Below, in pieces: positions 1 through 12,535 of a stretch of 64,000 nt of DNA. The first letter of the stretch is position 1, and the number at the start of each line of letters is the position of its first letter. A model generated the notes under the pieces. That model was given only the letters and a program-made list of their open reading frames with translations. It had not been told where the DNA came from and searched no databases. Source of the DNA: Psammoneis japonica (taxonomy: Eukaryota); contig QPGO01000177.1 of assembly GCA_008632985.1 (NCBI GenBank), forward strand, positions 62,001 to 126,000, given 5' to 3'. Both the position numbers and the translations under genes were made by a program.

Positions 1-2790
1 ACATCTTTCTTGCTTGGCTTTCAGGATCAGCACAGGAATTGTCTTCTGGCAAAGGTGCTCATGCATCAGCTCAACAAAAAGAACCTTCAATTTTTTTTGC
101 ATTTCTCACAAATGCATTTTTAACTTCTGGGCCACTGCTGAAGAAAGGTGGGAGCACATGTTCCCCTCAATTGATGTTTTGAGGGAAGCAGTTTGTTCCT
201 GCTTGCACCAAACACTGGTGCCAATGCTGCACAGTGAGTGGGTTGGCAATGGCAACTGTGCCATCCTCCTCTGCGGCCTTTTCATGGCACACTCACAGAA
301 CTCACCCCAAGTCATGTCACCCTCAATCTCTTTTCCTCCACCCTTGAGGTTGTCAAGTGCAGCCAGCCTGAAGTGCTGCCATGATGCAAAGTGAATGATG
401 CTGAGTGCGTGCCATTTTCATGGTTTGCAGCTGGATTCTTGTCATCCTGGTCAGGCAACACTGACTTGGTGTAGCCACACAGATGATTGACAACAGCAGA
501 CAAAATGTCAATGCGATCTTGCACAACTGCCTTTGCATCAACATTGTTTGGTCAAACCAAGGTCAGTGCAAAAATGCTGCATGCTCACGTTGAATCCCAG
601 CAGTCATGCTGAGGTGCAATTCATTGCCTTGCAGACTCCAACTCTTCAACTGCTTGCATCCCATTGTCTCTTCTTTGCTTGTCATGCTTTGTCACTGTTG
701 AGTGTGTCTGGATTGGTGTCAGAAATGTTTGGATGGCATTTCAGCATGATCAAAAGTGCAGCTCTCTTCAACATTTTGTCTTGACAGCTCCACTTTGCAG
801 CCACACTTCTGCAGAGTCATTGTCAGTTGCTGGTGGACAAAGGTGTCAATGGAGCTTTCCAATGGCAATGAAAAGAAACATCACGTGTCACGATTGTTTT
901 CCACCCTTCTCAAGGCCACACAAGCACTCCATTTGTTGTTGTGCATTCACTCCGTCCGCAATGACACTGTTCTCTTCCATCAAATTTGAAACCCATTGAT
1001 GTTGCCACACAGCTTCTTCAACTCTCCACCCATGATTTGGACTCCCTCATCAATGACATGTTGAATTTTGCATTTCAGTGCTCTGCCCACAGGTCTGCTG
1101 GCATCCGTTGGTTGTGAGCACGAGAGTGTTTCCACAAACAGGCAATGCGTGTGTTTTGATGCAAGTGATTTGCAAATGTCAGCAGACACTCATGATGGGC
1201 TTTTGTGCTTCAGCACCCAGGGACGAGCTTTGCAGGTGGATTGGGAAGGTGGGCACAGGTTGCAGTGCAAAAAGCCAAGGATTTTCAACAGAAGCGGTGA
1301 GCAAATGCATGATTTTTTGTCCTTTCTGGCAATTTTCTGTTGACAATTCTGTGTGAATGCACTTCAGAAATGACCACCAATGACTGCTGCATCAAACCAG
1401 CAAACTGCTTTCATTTGCACTTGCCAGTCCTCAGTGATCACTTTTTCCCCTCTGGTCAATCAAGTTTGTCACCTCATGTGGTGAAAGTGCTGTCCCTGTT
1501 GCAGTGGTTGTGACAGTGTGCTTGAATCAACCCCCTTGGCTTCATTTGACTGTTGTTCATTTGCTGAATGGGTTGGCATTTCTGTGCAAGATCCAGCACC
1601 ATTTCCACATGTAAAAACACATTTTCCAATGCCCAACTCATCACATCATCAAGGCTCTCTGCCATTTCACACCTGCCAGTCCTGAACAACCACCCTTCTA
1701 ATTTGCTTGTCAGCAGGTGTCAAGCTCTCACTGCTCTGAGTGGCTGAGTGCAACTGTTCTTTGGTGCCATTGAGGTGCTGTTGGCACTTTGCACCCAGCT
1801 CAAAAAAGAAAACAATGAATCCTTTCCTGTGTCACCTTGCTTCAACCAGTTTTCTCTAGCACGTGTCACTGCAAGGTGGTGCCATGTGTCCAGCCAGCTG
1901 TGCTTGCTTTTGCCACATCCCTGGTTGGGTGCACTGGAAGTGTGGATCAACTGGTGCCATCATTGTGTGTAAGAAGTTGTCCTCTGTTGAGCTGTCCAAA
2001 TCAAAAAAACCCAAGGTCTGCACCAATGTGTCAGCAATGGCACACATCATCTCAAAAACAGAACAAGTGGTGCGTGCATCTTTTCAGGGTGCAACTTGGC
2101 TTGTCTTGTGAAGACCTTGTTTTGTCAGTTGGCATTGTCTTTGCATGTCTCAGGCAGAGCCACAGTTTGAGGGAGCCATTTTGCACAACTGCCCCATGAG
2201 TTGAAAACACAATTCACACAGCAACTGCAAGTTGAGCAGTGCTGCAGCTGCCAGCAATGCTTTGCTTCACCCAGCAAAGAGGTGTGTGCTTGGTGTTCAC
2301 AAGTCAAGCAGTGTGCAACAAACAAGTGCTGGGATTGGCAACATTGTGTTAAAAAACAGCAGCCAGGCCATGCATCCATTGCAAGTTGCATGTTCAAGCA
2401 AAGCTCAAGAAACTCGTTTGCTGTGTCTGACTCACACCAATCACTGAGCTTGGAAACTGCACAGTGGCAATGGCACCATGTTTGAGACAACTCTCTTTTT
2501 TCACACTCTTTGCACAGGAATGCACCAAGACAGGCAAAATGGAAATGTGGTGCACCCCTTGGGCTAAGTGTTCATTTTGCTGAGAAAGTGCGCTCAACAT
2601 GTTACCACTCGAATCAACAGAAGTGACTTGCGATTGTGACTGAAATGTGTGCGTGCCATTTCGAGCCATTGGATTTCACAATGGCATTGTCACCCAGGTG
2701 AAATGCAGCGAACTTTACACACATGTTTTTCTGTTTTGCCAGTCTTGTCTGTCCTTTGTTCTGGGGGTGCCTGCGATGATTCTCGTCGCT
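1..2790. other. TpA/CpG-depleted hypermutated block A (decayed coding/TE-like sequence, family not identified; runs off the window start)
   Basis: About 10 TpA in 2.79 kb by eye, none between about 474 and 1611. CpG is rare and TG/CA abundant. Six-frame ORFs are nearly Tyr-free and Cys/His-rich. Composition returns to normal near 2790. Confidence 0.85.
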
Positions 2791-3768
2791 GCCACTCTAG
2801 AGAGTAGAGGTCAGCCCGATGGGCTTTCTCACAGCAGCTACTCTAGCAGGTGCTTGCTGGTAGACCTGCCGGCACCGATCAGAGATGACAAAAAATCTAA
2901 ATTAGGAGGAGGTGTGGCCCTCATGCTTTCTTGCTGTGTCAGGACCGTGCTTTAAGTGGCCTCTCAGTGACCACGTCGTGAAAAACCAGATGTTCAACGG
3001 CTTCTGTCCACAAAAGAGACAATCAATTTCTTCCAGCTTCCATAAAATATCTTATCTTGCGATGCTCTACTCTAGAAGTTGAATGCGCCAGTGAAACCCG
3101 TTCGTTGTTCCGCATTGAGACGGAAGAAATGAAAATGTGTCGGTGCGCAGAGTGCCACGCATTCATTGCAGAGCTTGCGAGCCCAAAACACGCATCAAGT
3201 CACGGACTACCTCCCTTTCCATCTTGGGTCATGATTCAGGTCCTAGTCAAGCAGCTGGGACAGTTTCCTGTAACGATTATGATCTCACGTCGTTGCACAT
3301 ACTGTAAAAGCAAAAGGACGTCGAACCTTTTCGAGTCGCCATGGCGGACACAAGGCTCGAAAGAAGGAAGGACTCGAACAGGATTCACAAGCCGATTGGG
3401 CTGATTCTACTAGATCATTTCACACGTGTCCGGTCTGCACAAAGTTTTAAACTCCAGGTGAAGACTAGGGCCCCACTGGATGATTTTTTACCCTTTGGTA
3501 CAGATTCACGCAGCCAGAGGCGCACCACCAGTAGCCTCTACGCGAACAATTTGTCGCTTAGTGTGCTTGAAACCTTCAAACAGATTCGAAAGGGTGTCAA
3601 AAGTGACACTTACCTAATGTCAAGGGGGTTTGAGCCAGTTGCGGAAGGCCCGGTGTGCGATCTACAGGAAGGAAATCCTACGAATCCAATCTAACGGAAT
3701 GAGCTCAGTACGATACTTTCGAAGTAAACACGTGGACACTGTATGCGGGAGCATGGCAGCGTGTCGGA

Positions 3769-4035
3769 TTGTTCGATTTGGCCGAAGGTCGATGCATTGA
3801 AGATACCATGAAAGAACTTTCTCGGAAGTCGCCACTTGGTGTGTCAAAGACGTGCCGACTAGGCGGACAACGTCGTGTTCCAACCCCCCAAAACAGGTGC
3901 CTCCTGTGCCGAAAGCCCAACTGCACAATGAGATGTTCACGATGCCACTGGGCTACATGCTTTTCATCGGACTGTCTGATGGCGGACTGGAGACGTCATG
4001 TACTCGGAGGATGTCTACCAGGAAAAAGCAAATAA
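3769..4035 (+). CDS. MYND-type zinc finger-like ORF (probably the 3' part of a larger, possibly broken gene starting near 3060-3340)
   Basis: CLLCRKPNCTMRCSRCHWATCFSSDCLMADWRRHVLGGC fits the MYND C-x2-C...C-x2-C...C-x3-DW-x2-H-x4-C pattern. Upstream ORFs are fragmented. Confidence 0.45.
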   Translation: MFDLAEGRCIEDTMKELSRKSPLGVSKTCRLGGQRRVPTPQNRCLLCRKPNCTMRCSRCHWATCFSSDCLMADWRRHVLGGCLPGKSK

Positions 4036-4131
4036 TAGGACGAGAAAGATTGAGATGAATAGGCGGCTTTGAGTGCTTGAGAGAGAGCTTGAATTCATGT
4101 AGCAAATTGTACAGCAGATGACATCCTACTA

Positions 4132-5780
4132 TCATTCTGCTATCGATTTCGATTCTTCATCGACCTTGTTCCTCGATTTCTTTTCTTGATTGCTTCTTCG
4201 AAGCTTTGCCATGACAATAAGATCTTCTTTGGTTAGCGAGTTCGATGATGTCATGTCAAGCCGAAGAAACTGGTTCTTGAGCTCGTCCAGTACACTTTTC
4301 TCTACAAGCTGCATTTCTACCAACATGAATTCCATGTACTCGAGTCGCGAAACTTCGCCATCATTGTCATTGTCCATGGCCTTGATATGATCCATTGTTA
4401 AATCCTTTTCCACGAGACTTTCAAAGACTCGATGCCGTCTGTGCTGCAAGAGCGCCGACGCAATTGTCCCCAGAATCTCTCCTCCGGCCGCAACCGCAAG
4501 CGGAATAAAGAGGACTGCCCAAAGTCTTGCACGTTGAGTGGTGGGCGCAAAGTCTCCTAGACCAACTGTACCGCATGTGATTATAGAGTAGTAAATCGAG
4601 TCAGTCCAAGCCCATCCTTCCAGTCGTCCCAAGGCAACGCCTCCCGAAATGAGCAGTGCAAATGGTGGTATCAGCTTGAGCAAAACCTCCCCCACGATTC
4701 GTTTCACAGTCTTTGGTTTTGCTTGAGGTGCAGCTGCAACACCACCAAAGGCGTCCGCTGCATTAAACGGTACTACTGCCGTGACATTGAGATTATCGAC
4801 TGGCGCCGCAGCCATCTCTTTTTTCTTGTCCTTGTCTATCCGACCCAACATTCGTGGCATGCGGTCAAAAACACGCATGGCACTCCTTCGGCTCACTTTT
4901 TCTGCTACCCGGATTGTTTTCATTTCGGCTTCAACCAAGTGCGATCCAATCGATGCCAATGCGGCAGCCAGAAAGGCAATGCCTCCCAACGAAAAGAAAC
5001 AGGTAAAGATTTTGCTTGCACATGTATGAGGGAAAATATCTCCGTAACCTAGAGTGAAATAGAAAAGTTTTTGGTGAGACAAGAGATACTGGGAAGGTAC
5101 GCAAGGATGATGAATCTGCTGTGCTGACCTACTGTAGTGAAACATGTAACGGAGAAGTAAACAGCGTCAATAAGGGTCCAATGCTCCATGAGTATCGAGT
5201 AAAAACAGATCCCGGTAAGTAGATATATTCCAATCGCCACCAAGCATTCACGGAGGGTAAAAGACACTGTCGGTGACTCAAGGCTTTCCTTTTCATTCTT
5301 TCGCTTTCCCCGAATACTAAACAAAACATGAGCCACTGTCGGTCTCATGGGCTTGGCAAAGAGAATGCCTTTCCCCAGACTCCTCATGTACCGTTTCAGC
5401 AGCTGCAATGCCTTGAACGTATGCTCCTTCTTGTCGGAATCCTTTTCTGACGATGGATTCAAAAATAGCTCAGTTCCCCTTCTACTCCGAGAACCGTATT
5501 GAAGGAAGCAATGATTTGCGATGTGCGAATAAGTGCTGTCATCATGCCGATGATTCTTCTGCAAACAGAAAGCACAATGTTGAAGCCGTGATCTTGCACT
5601 ACTTGTGAAACCTGCAGACGCATGAGGCTTACATTTCCAGAGATCCACACAAGAAGATGGCATCCACGCCACTACAGCAGGATAGTGCCAAAGTAACGAG
5701 GCGACAACCGATCCAACGACGCTGCTTCGTATCATCGTTCTCCCTGCTTGTGTCAAGCGTCGATAGATATCATCTGCCAT
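4132..5780 (-). CDS. Two-pore-domain (TPK-type) potassium channel with C-terminal EF-hands; 2 exons
   Basis: Splicing intron 5049-5128 (GT..AG) rebuilds the filter TTVG|YGD. Second filter is TVGLGD. Four hydrophobic helices and EF-hand DNDNDGEVSRLEY. Confidence 0.9.
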
Positions 5781-5995
5781 GGCTCACCCGCGAAACGCGA
5801 GACATCACGAGAGAAAAAATGAGGATGACGTCACTCGCGGTTTGACGACTTCTTGTACCCGGACGCCTGACGAACGCTACCATGCATCGTATCATTCGTT
5901 TGATTTGGCGGCTCTACTAGTAGCTAGAGTAGAGTCTGGGCGGATCTAGGAGATTACGCTCTCTTTAGCTTTAGCAGCCTTTATAACGTTACACT

Positions 5996-7064
5996 CTATT
6001 GATCAAAATAGTTGAGTCCCTTTTGGAATCGATACGTGTCTCGCTCCGCATCGACTGCTGCAGTACGCCATTCCTCGCGAAAGTTGGATCCTGCCGGAGG
6101 TAAGGGTTTGCCGGCAATTACGGCTGCAATATCATCCTGAATATCCAATGGTTGATACTTTCGAGGGTATCGGCGGAGTGGAAGGCCCGTTCTGGCATCA
6201 ATGAGGAACTTTTCAAAGTTACCCTCCACTTTTCCTAGACCCTCGGGCGTTCGGCAGGTACCTTCCAACCATCTCCAAAAGGGATGCGCTCCACTACCAA
6301 GGAGATTTACCTTGTCTGTCAGAATGGCAGCGGGATTAATAGCATAACCGTATTCAGAAGCCAATTTGAGACGAATCAACGCAGATGTGTCGGGTTCATA
6401 GTATCCCTGGTCGGTCGGGGATGCAATGACTGCAAATTCTCCGTTTCGGCCATATCTATTGGAACAAAAGAGCATCCAAATCAGAGAATGGAATTAAAAT
6501 GAAATAGACACAAAAATTATGCATTCCAACTTACTTGGCTGCGAGTGAGATCATTTCAGGAATGTTTTTGCGTGCAATAGGATCATCCTGCTTGATGTTG
6601 ACCACAAGAACAGCTTTCACCTTGGACTCGCCAGTCTCTGCATCGCGTTCTTGGTTGATTAGTTCATTAAACGACGTCTGTCTACCAGCCACTGGCAAGG
6701 AAAAATCATAGGCAGTTCGTGAGTCGGTACGTTTCCTCGGTGCTGGCGTCTCCTCCTTTTCTGCTTCGGCTTCAATGCTTTTGGAAATTTTTGCGGCGCG
6801 TGCGGCAATGGAACCAAAGTCCTCGTCCTCATCTGCATTTGCAACGCTAGCAGCAATTGCAGCAGCTGTACCCACAAGGGAGCTAACAAAGCCGCGGCGT
6901 GTTGGCAACGAATCCTTATTTTCTGCTCCTTCCAATGACATTACAACCCGACTTCTCGGCTGACCTGGTCGTGCGGTGAATAACATTTGTGACGACCATC
7001 CCTGCACTGAAATAAAAGGTGCCGTCGCAACAAGCACTACAAAGACACTACTGAACCGTCGCAT
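5996..7064 (-). CDS. Glutathione peroxidase-like (thioredoxin-fold) protein with plastid/thylakoid-type presequence, lacking the catalytic Cys; 2 exons
   Basis: Intron 6456-6534. Motifs AYDFSL, VLVVNI, HPFWRWL and GNFEKFLID align to the GPx consensus. N-terminus has a signal peptide plus an RRGF..AAAIAASVANA twin-arginine-like segment. Confidence 0.8.
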
Positions 7065-7654
7065 GGTATTGCTCCAACTTCAAACTGTATGCAAGCTTTA
7101 CAAAAGTCGTGGAATCATGGAGCAAAGAACGTCGATGCGGCTTGTCTCGCTCATCCTGCCAGATGGAAGATTTCCCGCCATCATCGTCGAAAGTCGAAAC
7201 ACGTATGCGTGCACGGGTGAGGATCAGACGAGAGAGTTTTTCAATATGCATTTATTCATGCTGTAATATCTGGAATACTGTACATCATCAGTACAGTACT
7301 GTACTGAACGATAGTAGAATGAATGTATGGTACTGTATATATTTTTAAAAATGTCTTCGCCGCGATGAATCATATAGTCAAAAACAATCGCTAATAAATA
7401 TATAGTTCTTCAATTTTGATACTGATCGGCGGTTCAACCGATGCTTGCCTCCTCTCACATCTTGGCGACACGAAAAAAGCGAGGTGCTCCAAAACTCGAA
7501 CGAAAGGCACCACGAGCAATCGAGAATGCTGTCGTAAAGAGCACCTCTCCGGGACCAAAAAATCATAATTTTACGCGAGACTACAAACGGTTGGTTCCTC
7601 ACCATAAATTTTGGATGAGTGTTGATTGACCGTTCGAACTAGACGTTATTAGTC

Positions 7655-10600
7655 ATGCGACGTTGCTCCCGCAAAAAGCGGAGACCAGATTTTGCTGCAA
7701 TTCTGGTGGTTTGGGCCATCACAATAGGCACCGTAACAAGTTATCCGGTGAAAAATAAGGTCGTGAGACGAAGAAAACATCCAGTAATAAATCAGTTCTT
7801 GAGACGAAGAAACATTGAAGAAGCAAACACTTCAGTTCCTAATGGCATTCCTACAAATATGTCGAGAGAAGCTTCGTCTCGCGCACCAGCTCCTAATAGC
7901 ATTCCTTCCACCATATCCGAAGTTTCATCTCGCGCACCTAATGATGTTCCCACGACGGCTCCCTCGGATGCACCAAGTCAATCACCGACACCCCCATCAC
8001 GTGGCATGCCTTCCATAACACCAAGCGAGTCGCCCACTGATATCCCGAGTGAATTGCTATCACCAATTCCTAGCGGGTATTCCTACAAGCATGCCGAGTG
8101 GATCTCCATCCAGTGCACCAACAAATATATCTTCTGGTGCTCCCTCTGATACACCAAGCTATCAACCAACATCTTCACCGAGCGACCTACCTTCCAGAAA
8201 ATCAAGCGAGTCACCCACTGGTGTTCCAAGTGAAAATCCGTCTACAATTTCTAGCCACGCTCCTACAAACACGCCGTCTAATGCACCGACATATCTTGCT
8301 CCTGAAGCCCTCTCTGACGTACCAAGCCAATCGCCGACATCTCTACCTAGTGACGAACCATCGAGCCGACCAAGCGAGTGGCCCACAGGTACTTGGAATG
8401 AAACGCCATCTGTAAATCCCAGTGGCACTCCATCTAATGCACCAACAATTACTCCCTTCAATTCGCCCTCCCGTGCACCAAGCCAACCACCGATAAATTT
8501 ACCAAGTAATCCGCCTTCCACTGAACCAAGCGAGACGCCCAATAGGTCCCGAGTGAAATTCCATCAGTGATTTCTAGCGAAGCTCCTACCATCACTCCAA
8601 GCGGAACCGTGACTCTTGCACCAACAAGTGTTTCTTCTACGATCCCCTCTGTTTCATCAAGCCAATCACCAACAATTATAGCAAGTGATAAGCCTTCCAG
8701 ATACTATGGCGCCCCCTCTGACAAACCAAGCCTATCACCAACATCTCTACAAACTGATGTGCAATCTTATCAACCGAGTGAGGCGCCCACAGTTGCTTCA
8801 AGTGAAATGCCATCAGCAAATCCTAGCGATGCACCAACGAGCACGTTTGGTGGATCCATGTCTAATGAGACAAAATGTCCCATTACAATAGTCATAAAGA
8901 TGGATGAATTCCCAGACGAGACAGGCTGGAAGTTTATCTGTCTAAACGGCGTTTACTCAGATGTTACACCATCTGATCACGATCTGGGACCTCTGGATCT
9001 AGTACAAGAAACGTATTGGATTGAAGAAGGAAGCTCTTGCGAATTTTTTATTTACGATACGTACGATGACGGTATTTGTTGTGGACATGGAGAGGGATTC
9101 TACGAGGTTATTCTGGGAGAACGAAAGAATCCAAGAGGGAGCAATGTAATCGCTTCGGGCGCGGAATTCAGGGATGGAGAAGATGTTTTTCTGACTGTCG
9201 AATGCCCTGCTCCAACGGTATCGCCCATCCCTACAGAACGTCCCAGCAATGTTCCTTCGACAACGCCATCTATTTCGTTGGTCCCTTCGGTGGCCCCGTC
9301 AAGTCACCCATCCGCAATACCTACTTCAACATTTCGTCCGACAGGAACATGGGTAAAAATGAAAGTAGTCATACAATTGGATCAAATACCTGATGAAACC
9401 GGTTGGAGTTTGGTGTGTGACGGAACAACCTATGCCAACATTTCAGCTCCTCACTACTACAACTGGGAGGGACGTGTCGAGCAAGTCTTTGACATTGAAG
9501 AAGGAAGAGAATGCACTTTTACAATCATAGACACATATGAAGATGGAATATGCTGCAACTTTGGAGACGGGTTTTATCAGGTGTTTCTGGGAGACGAATT
9601 CAACCCGGAAAGTCATCTTTTGGCTGCGGGCGGCCAGTTTGGTGCACGAGAAGAAGCTCAATTCATCATACTCCCACCTGCTCCCACAGTTTCTCCAGCT
9701 CCATCACTAATGCCAAGCAGCCGGCCGTCAAGCAGACCGACATTGTCATCAGCACCAACTGAGTTTTCCGGTAAGAAAAAAGTTCTGCATTCGAGCAACA
9801 TTCGAATATGACTGTGCATGGCCTTACAAGTTGTCTCCTCAATTCTTTGCCAATCAGAATGCCAAATCGATGATCCCGACAACTACAACATTTGCATGGA
9901 CGTTATTTCAAAAGGAACATATTCTATGGATTGGACACAAATACTACGCTCTGCAAAACAACGATGGGAAACAATCATTGTTGGAGACGCCTCCCCTGGA
10001 GTGCCAGCATCAGAACTCCTAGGATACTCAGATATTGTCATTTGCAACGGCCTTCCGGATGTGATAGATGACTTGTATATTTGCGCACGAGATGTAGTCA
10101 TTGATGGCAAGGGGGGTGTCATTGGTCTCGCTAAACTGACAGCGATTCCCACAGATGAGAACGGTAAAAAGATCGGTCTTCCCATTGCCGGTGTAATGGA
10201 GTTCGACATGGACGACCTTCAGGACCGGCTAGATACAGGAAGTTTTCCAGACGTGATTCTTCATGAGCTTTCTCACTTGATAGGCATCGGTAGCTTATGG
10301 GAAGACTTTGGTGTTGCCGTCAATCATGGTAACCCTCAGAATCCAGACTGGGAATACATTGGACATCACGCATGTGAAGAATGGAAAAACATGACAAACT
10401 GTAGTGGATGTCCACCAATTGAAAACTCGGGCGGTGCTGGTACTGCTGGAGTACATTGGAAAGATTCTGTCATGCAGGACGAGCTCATGAGTGGCTTTAC
10501 CGAAAAGAACAGTAGCTCGGCACCTCTATCCAGAATTACCATTGCCTCCTTGGCCGACGTGGGCTACACGGTGAACTTGGACGCGGCGGACGACTTTGTA

Positions 10601-10840
10601 GTTCCTGGTGCGTACTGTGGGTTGGCACTAGATCCACCTCGAAGACTCCAACCTGTCCCGGCACTCAGTCCAAAGGGACTCAAGGCTGCGAAACGCTATG
10701 GCGAAAAGGTCCTTGCCAATGCTGCGATCCCTACAGTGAAAGCCACGCCGAGCGGCGTTAGGTATGCCAGTGATAAACAAGTCAGCGTCATTTACGAAGA
10801 AGGCAACGTTCTGTTCTTTGTGGACGTTCACCCTGAATAA
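7655..10840 (+). CDS. Secreted mucin-like (PSxxPS/PT repeats) protein with two DTYxDGICC modules and a C-terminal leishmanolysin-like zinc metalloprotease; two apparent frameshifts (about 8075 and 8545) and intron 9771-9857
   Basis: HELSH zinc motif, ENSGGAGTAGVHW, DELMSG Met-turn and PLSRITIASLADVGY. P/S/T repeats continue across the frame breaks. Confidence 0.8.
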
Positions 10841-10992
10841 AGCTGCTGCTATTGCTCGAAAATGCTATTGATTCGTGCAGAACAAAAAAAAAACAGAGAA
10901 TTCATTATTCATGCGTCTCACTTTGACAACAAAAACGATAGACTGTAATAGATTTAAACATATCCTTGATGTAATAATATCTTTTTAGACTT

Positions 10993-11390
10993 TTATACCT
11001 TTTGAGATTCCAACAATTCTTCAACAGTCCCGATCAAATGCCGGATGCGGTATTCTTGCTTTGCATTCTTGAGTTTCAATGCTTCATTTTCCGCCTTGAG
11101 AGCCTCTAATTCCTTTGTCGACGTCGACGAAGACCCTTGACCAGCCATTGCTTCTCTGATTTGTCTCAGCTTCAACAGGCATTCTGCTTGCACGGCCTTG
11201 ACTGCTTCCTGCGTTGCATCAAAGCTCTTGCCAATCTCCAACGCCTCAATGCGTTTCTCCAAATCTTCCGTCTGGAGGTTAGACAACAAAATAAAAAAAT
11301 AATGCGTTAGTATGCCTAAGTGATAATGTGCCTTTGGAGAGACGAGATAGAAAGCGAGAACAATCACCCGGTGAGACGTACCGTCGTCAT
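10993..11390 (-). CDS. Small coiled-coil protein (about 96 aa) with a 9-nt first exon
   Basis: ATG ACG ACG|gtacgt...ctccag|ACG GAA GAT gives MTTTEDLEKRIEALE...ENEALKLKNAKQEYRIRHL, with heptad character. Confidence 0.65.
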
Positions 11391-11629
11391 GGCTGATTTT
11401 TTTTTGTTTCGTTTTTTGCGTCGGAGTTGGAGCGGTCGGACGAGTCAAACACAGTCGCGCGAGGAATCTCTACACGGTAGTCTATGTACCGTATGATAGG
11501 CCCTATTCCTACCGGCATCGGCAGGAGCCCGAAAGCGAACTCCCAGAACACTCAAACGCCTGTTCAATTTCCATGACTTTGCGGCTGTGACCGATGGCAC
11601 ACATGATAAGTGCAGGCCTGCAAATCTAA

Positions 11630-12510
11630 ATCAAACTGTGACAACAATGGATGAATGTGCTGGACCTTGTGGGCCTTGTGCGTTTGCCGGGAAAGAAGGG
11701 AGACGAGACTGTGCTCGCATCAAAAAGAGCAGTGGCTGGCAAACTTGTCAGCGAGTGTGGTGGTTTGAGAACACAGCTGGCTTTTGTGTGGCAAACAGCA
11801 CCAGGCATGCAGGGAGAGAGAGGTTCTCTTTGCTTTTTTGTCAAAGCATGCCAGGCGCCACCAACACTGCAATGAGGAGCCGCGCAGCCAAAAATGCGAG
11901 CTCCGTCAAGCGCCTGCTGCGCCTCTCAAGGTCAGCCAAAGGTGGGGCAGCTTTTTTGCACATGAAAGCTGCCATGTCACAATGGTGCACTGAATGCCAA
12001 GTCAACAAAAAGCTGTCTCATGCTGGAGAGAGCCGCCCACAGCATCGAGCGTGTGTGTGGGTGGCAAAAAGATGTTTCTTTCTTTTCAGGCAGGCACCAC
12101 ATTCCTGTGGAAAAGATGAGGCTGAGTGCACCCATGAGATCATTGCCATCATCACTGCAAAGGTGACAATGGCTCTGTGCTTGCTTTTGTGCTCGCCAAT
12201 GCTGCTGCTTGTCTCGCACTGCTGGTGCGCTGCGACAGGAAACAGGAGCACGAGAAAAAATGAGTGAAAATTTTCTTGTTGTGGTGGCCAAAAATTCCGG
12301 TTTTTCATTTTGGGGTTTGTTGTTGATTGCACCCCATCTCTTGGGTGCTGTGAGTTATTAATGCCACATTCAATCTTTGCACATGACAGGCCCAGTGCCA
12401 TGATGCATGCACCGGTGGCAGTTTTTGACGACGCACCGACCCCCAGCTAGCACGCACGACCGCACGACACGCGACACGCACGCGGACACGCACGCGCACA
12501 CGCACAATTT
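11630..12510. other. TpA-depleted block B (short relic; CpG partly retained)
   Basis: No TpA from about 11631 to 12355 although CpGs persist. Ends in an ACGCAC-rich tract at about 12428-12505. Confidence 0.8.
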
Positions 12511-12535
12511 TCAATTTTTCTCGAATGCAACGGCA

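Noticed and set aside
60..430. RecQ/DEAH-like helicase motifs in block A (KLKVLFV.., HGSTSG)
   Set aside because: Too eroded. No Walker A or B motif can be read directly.
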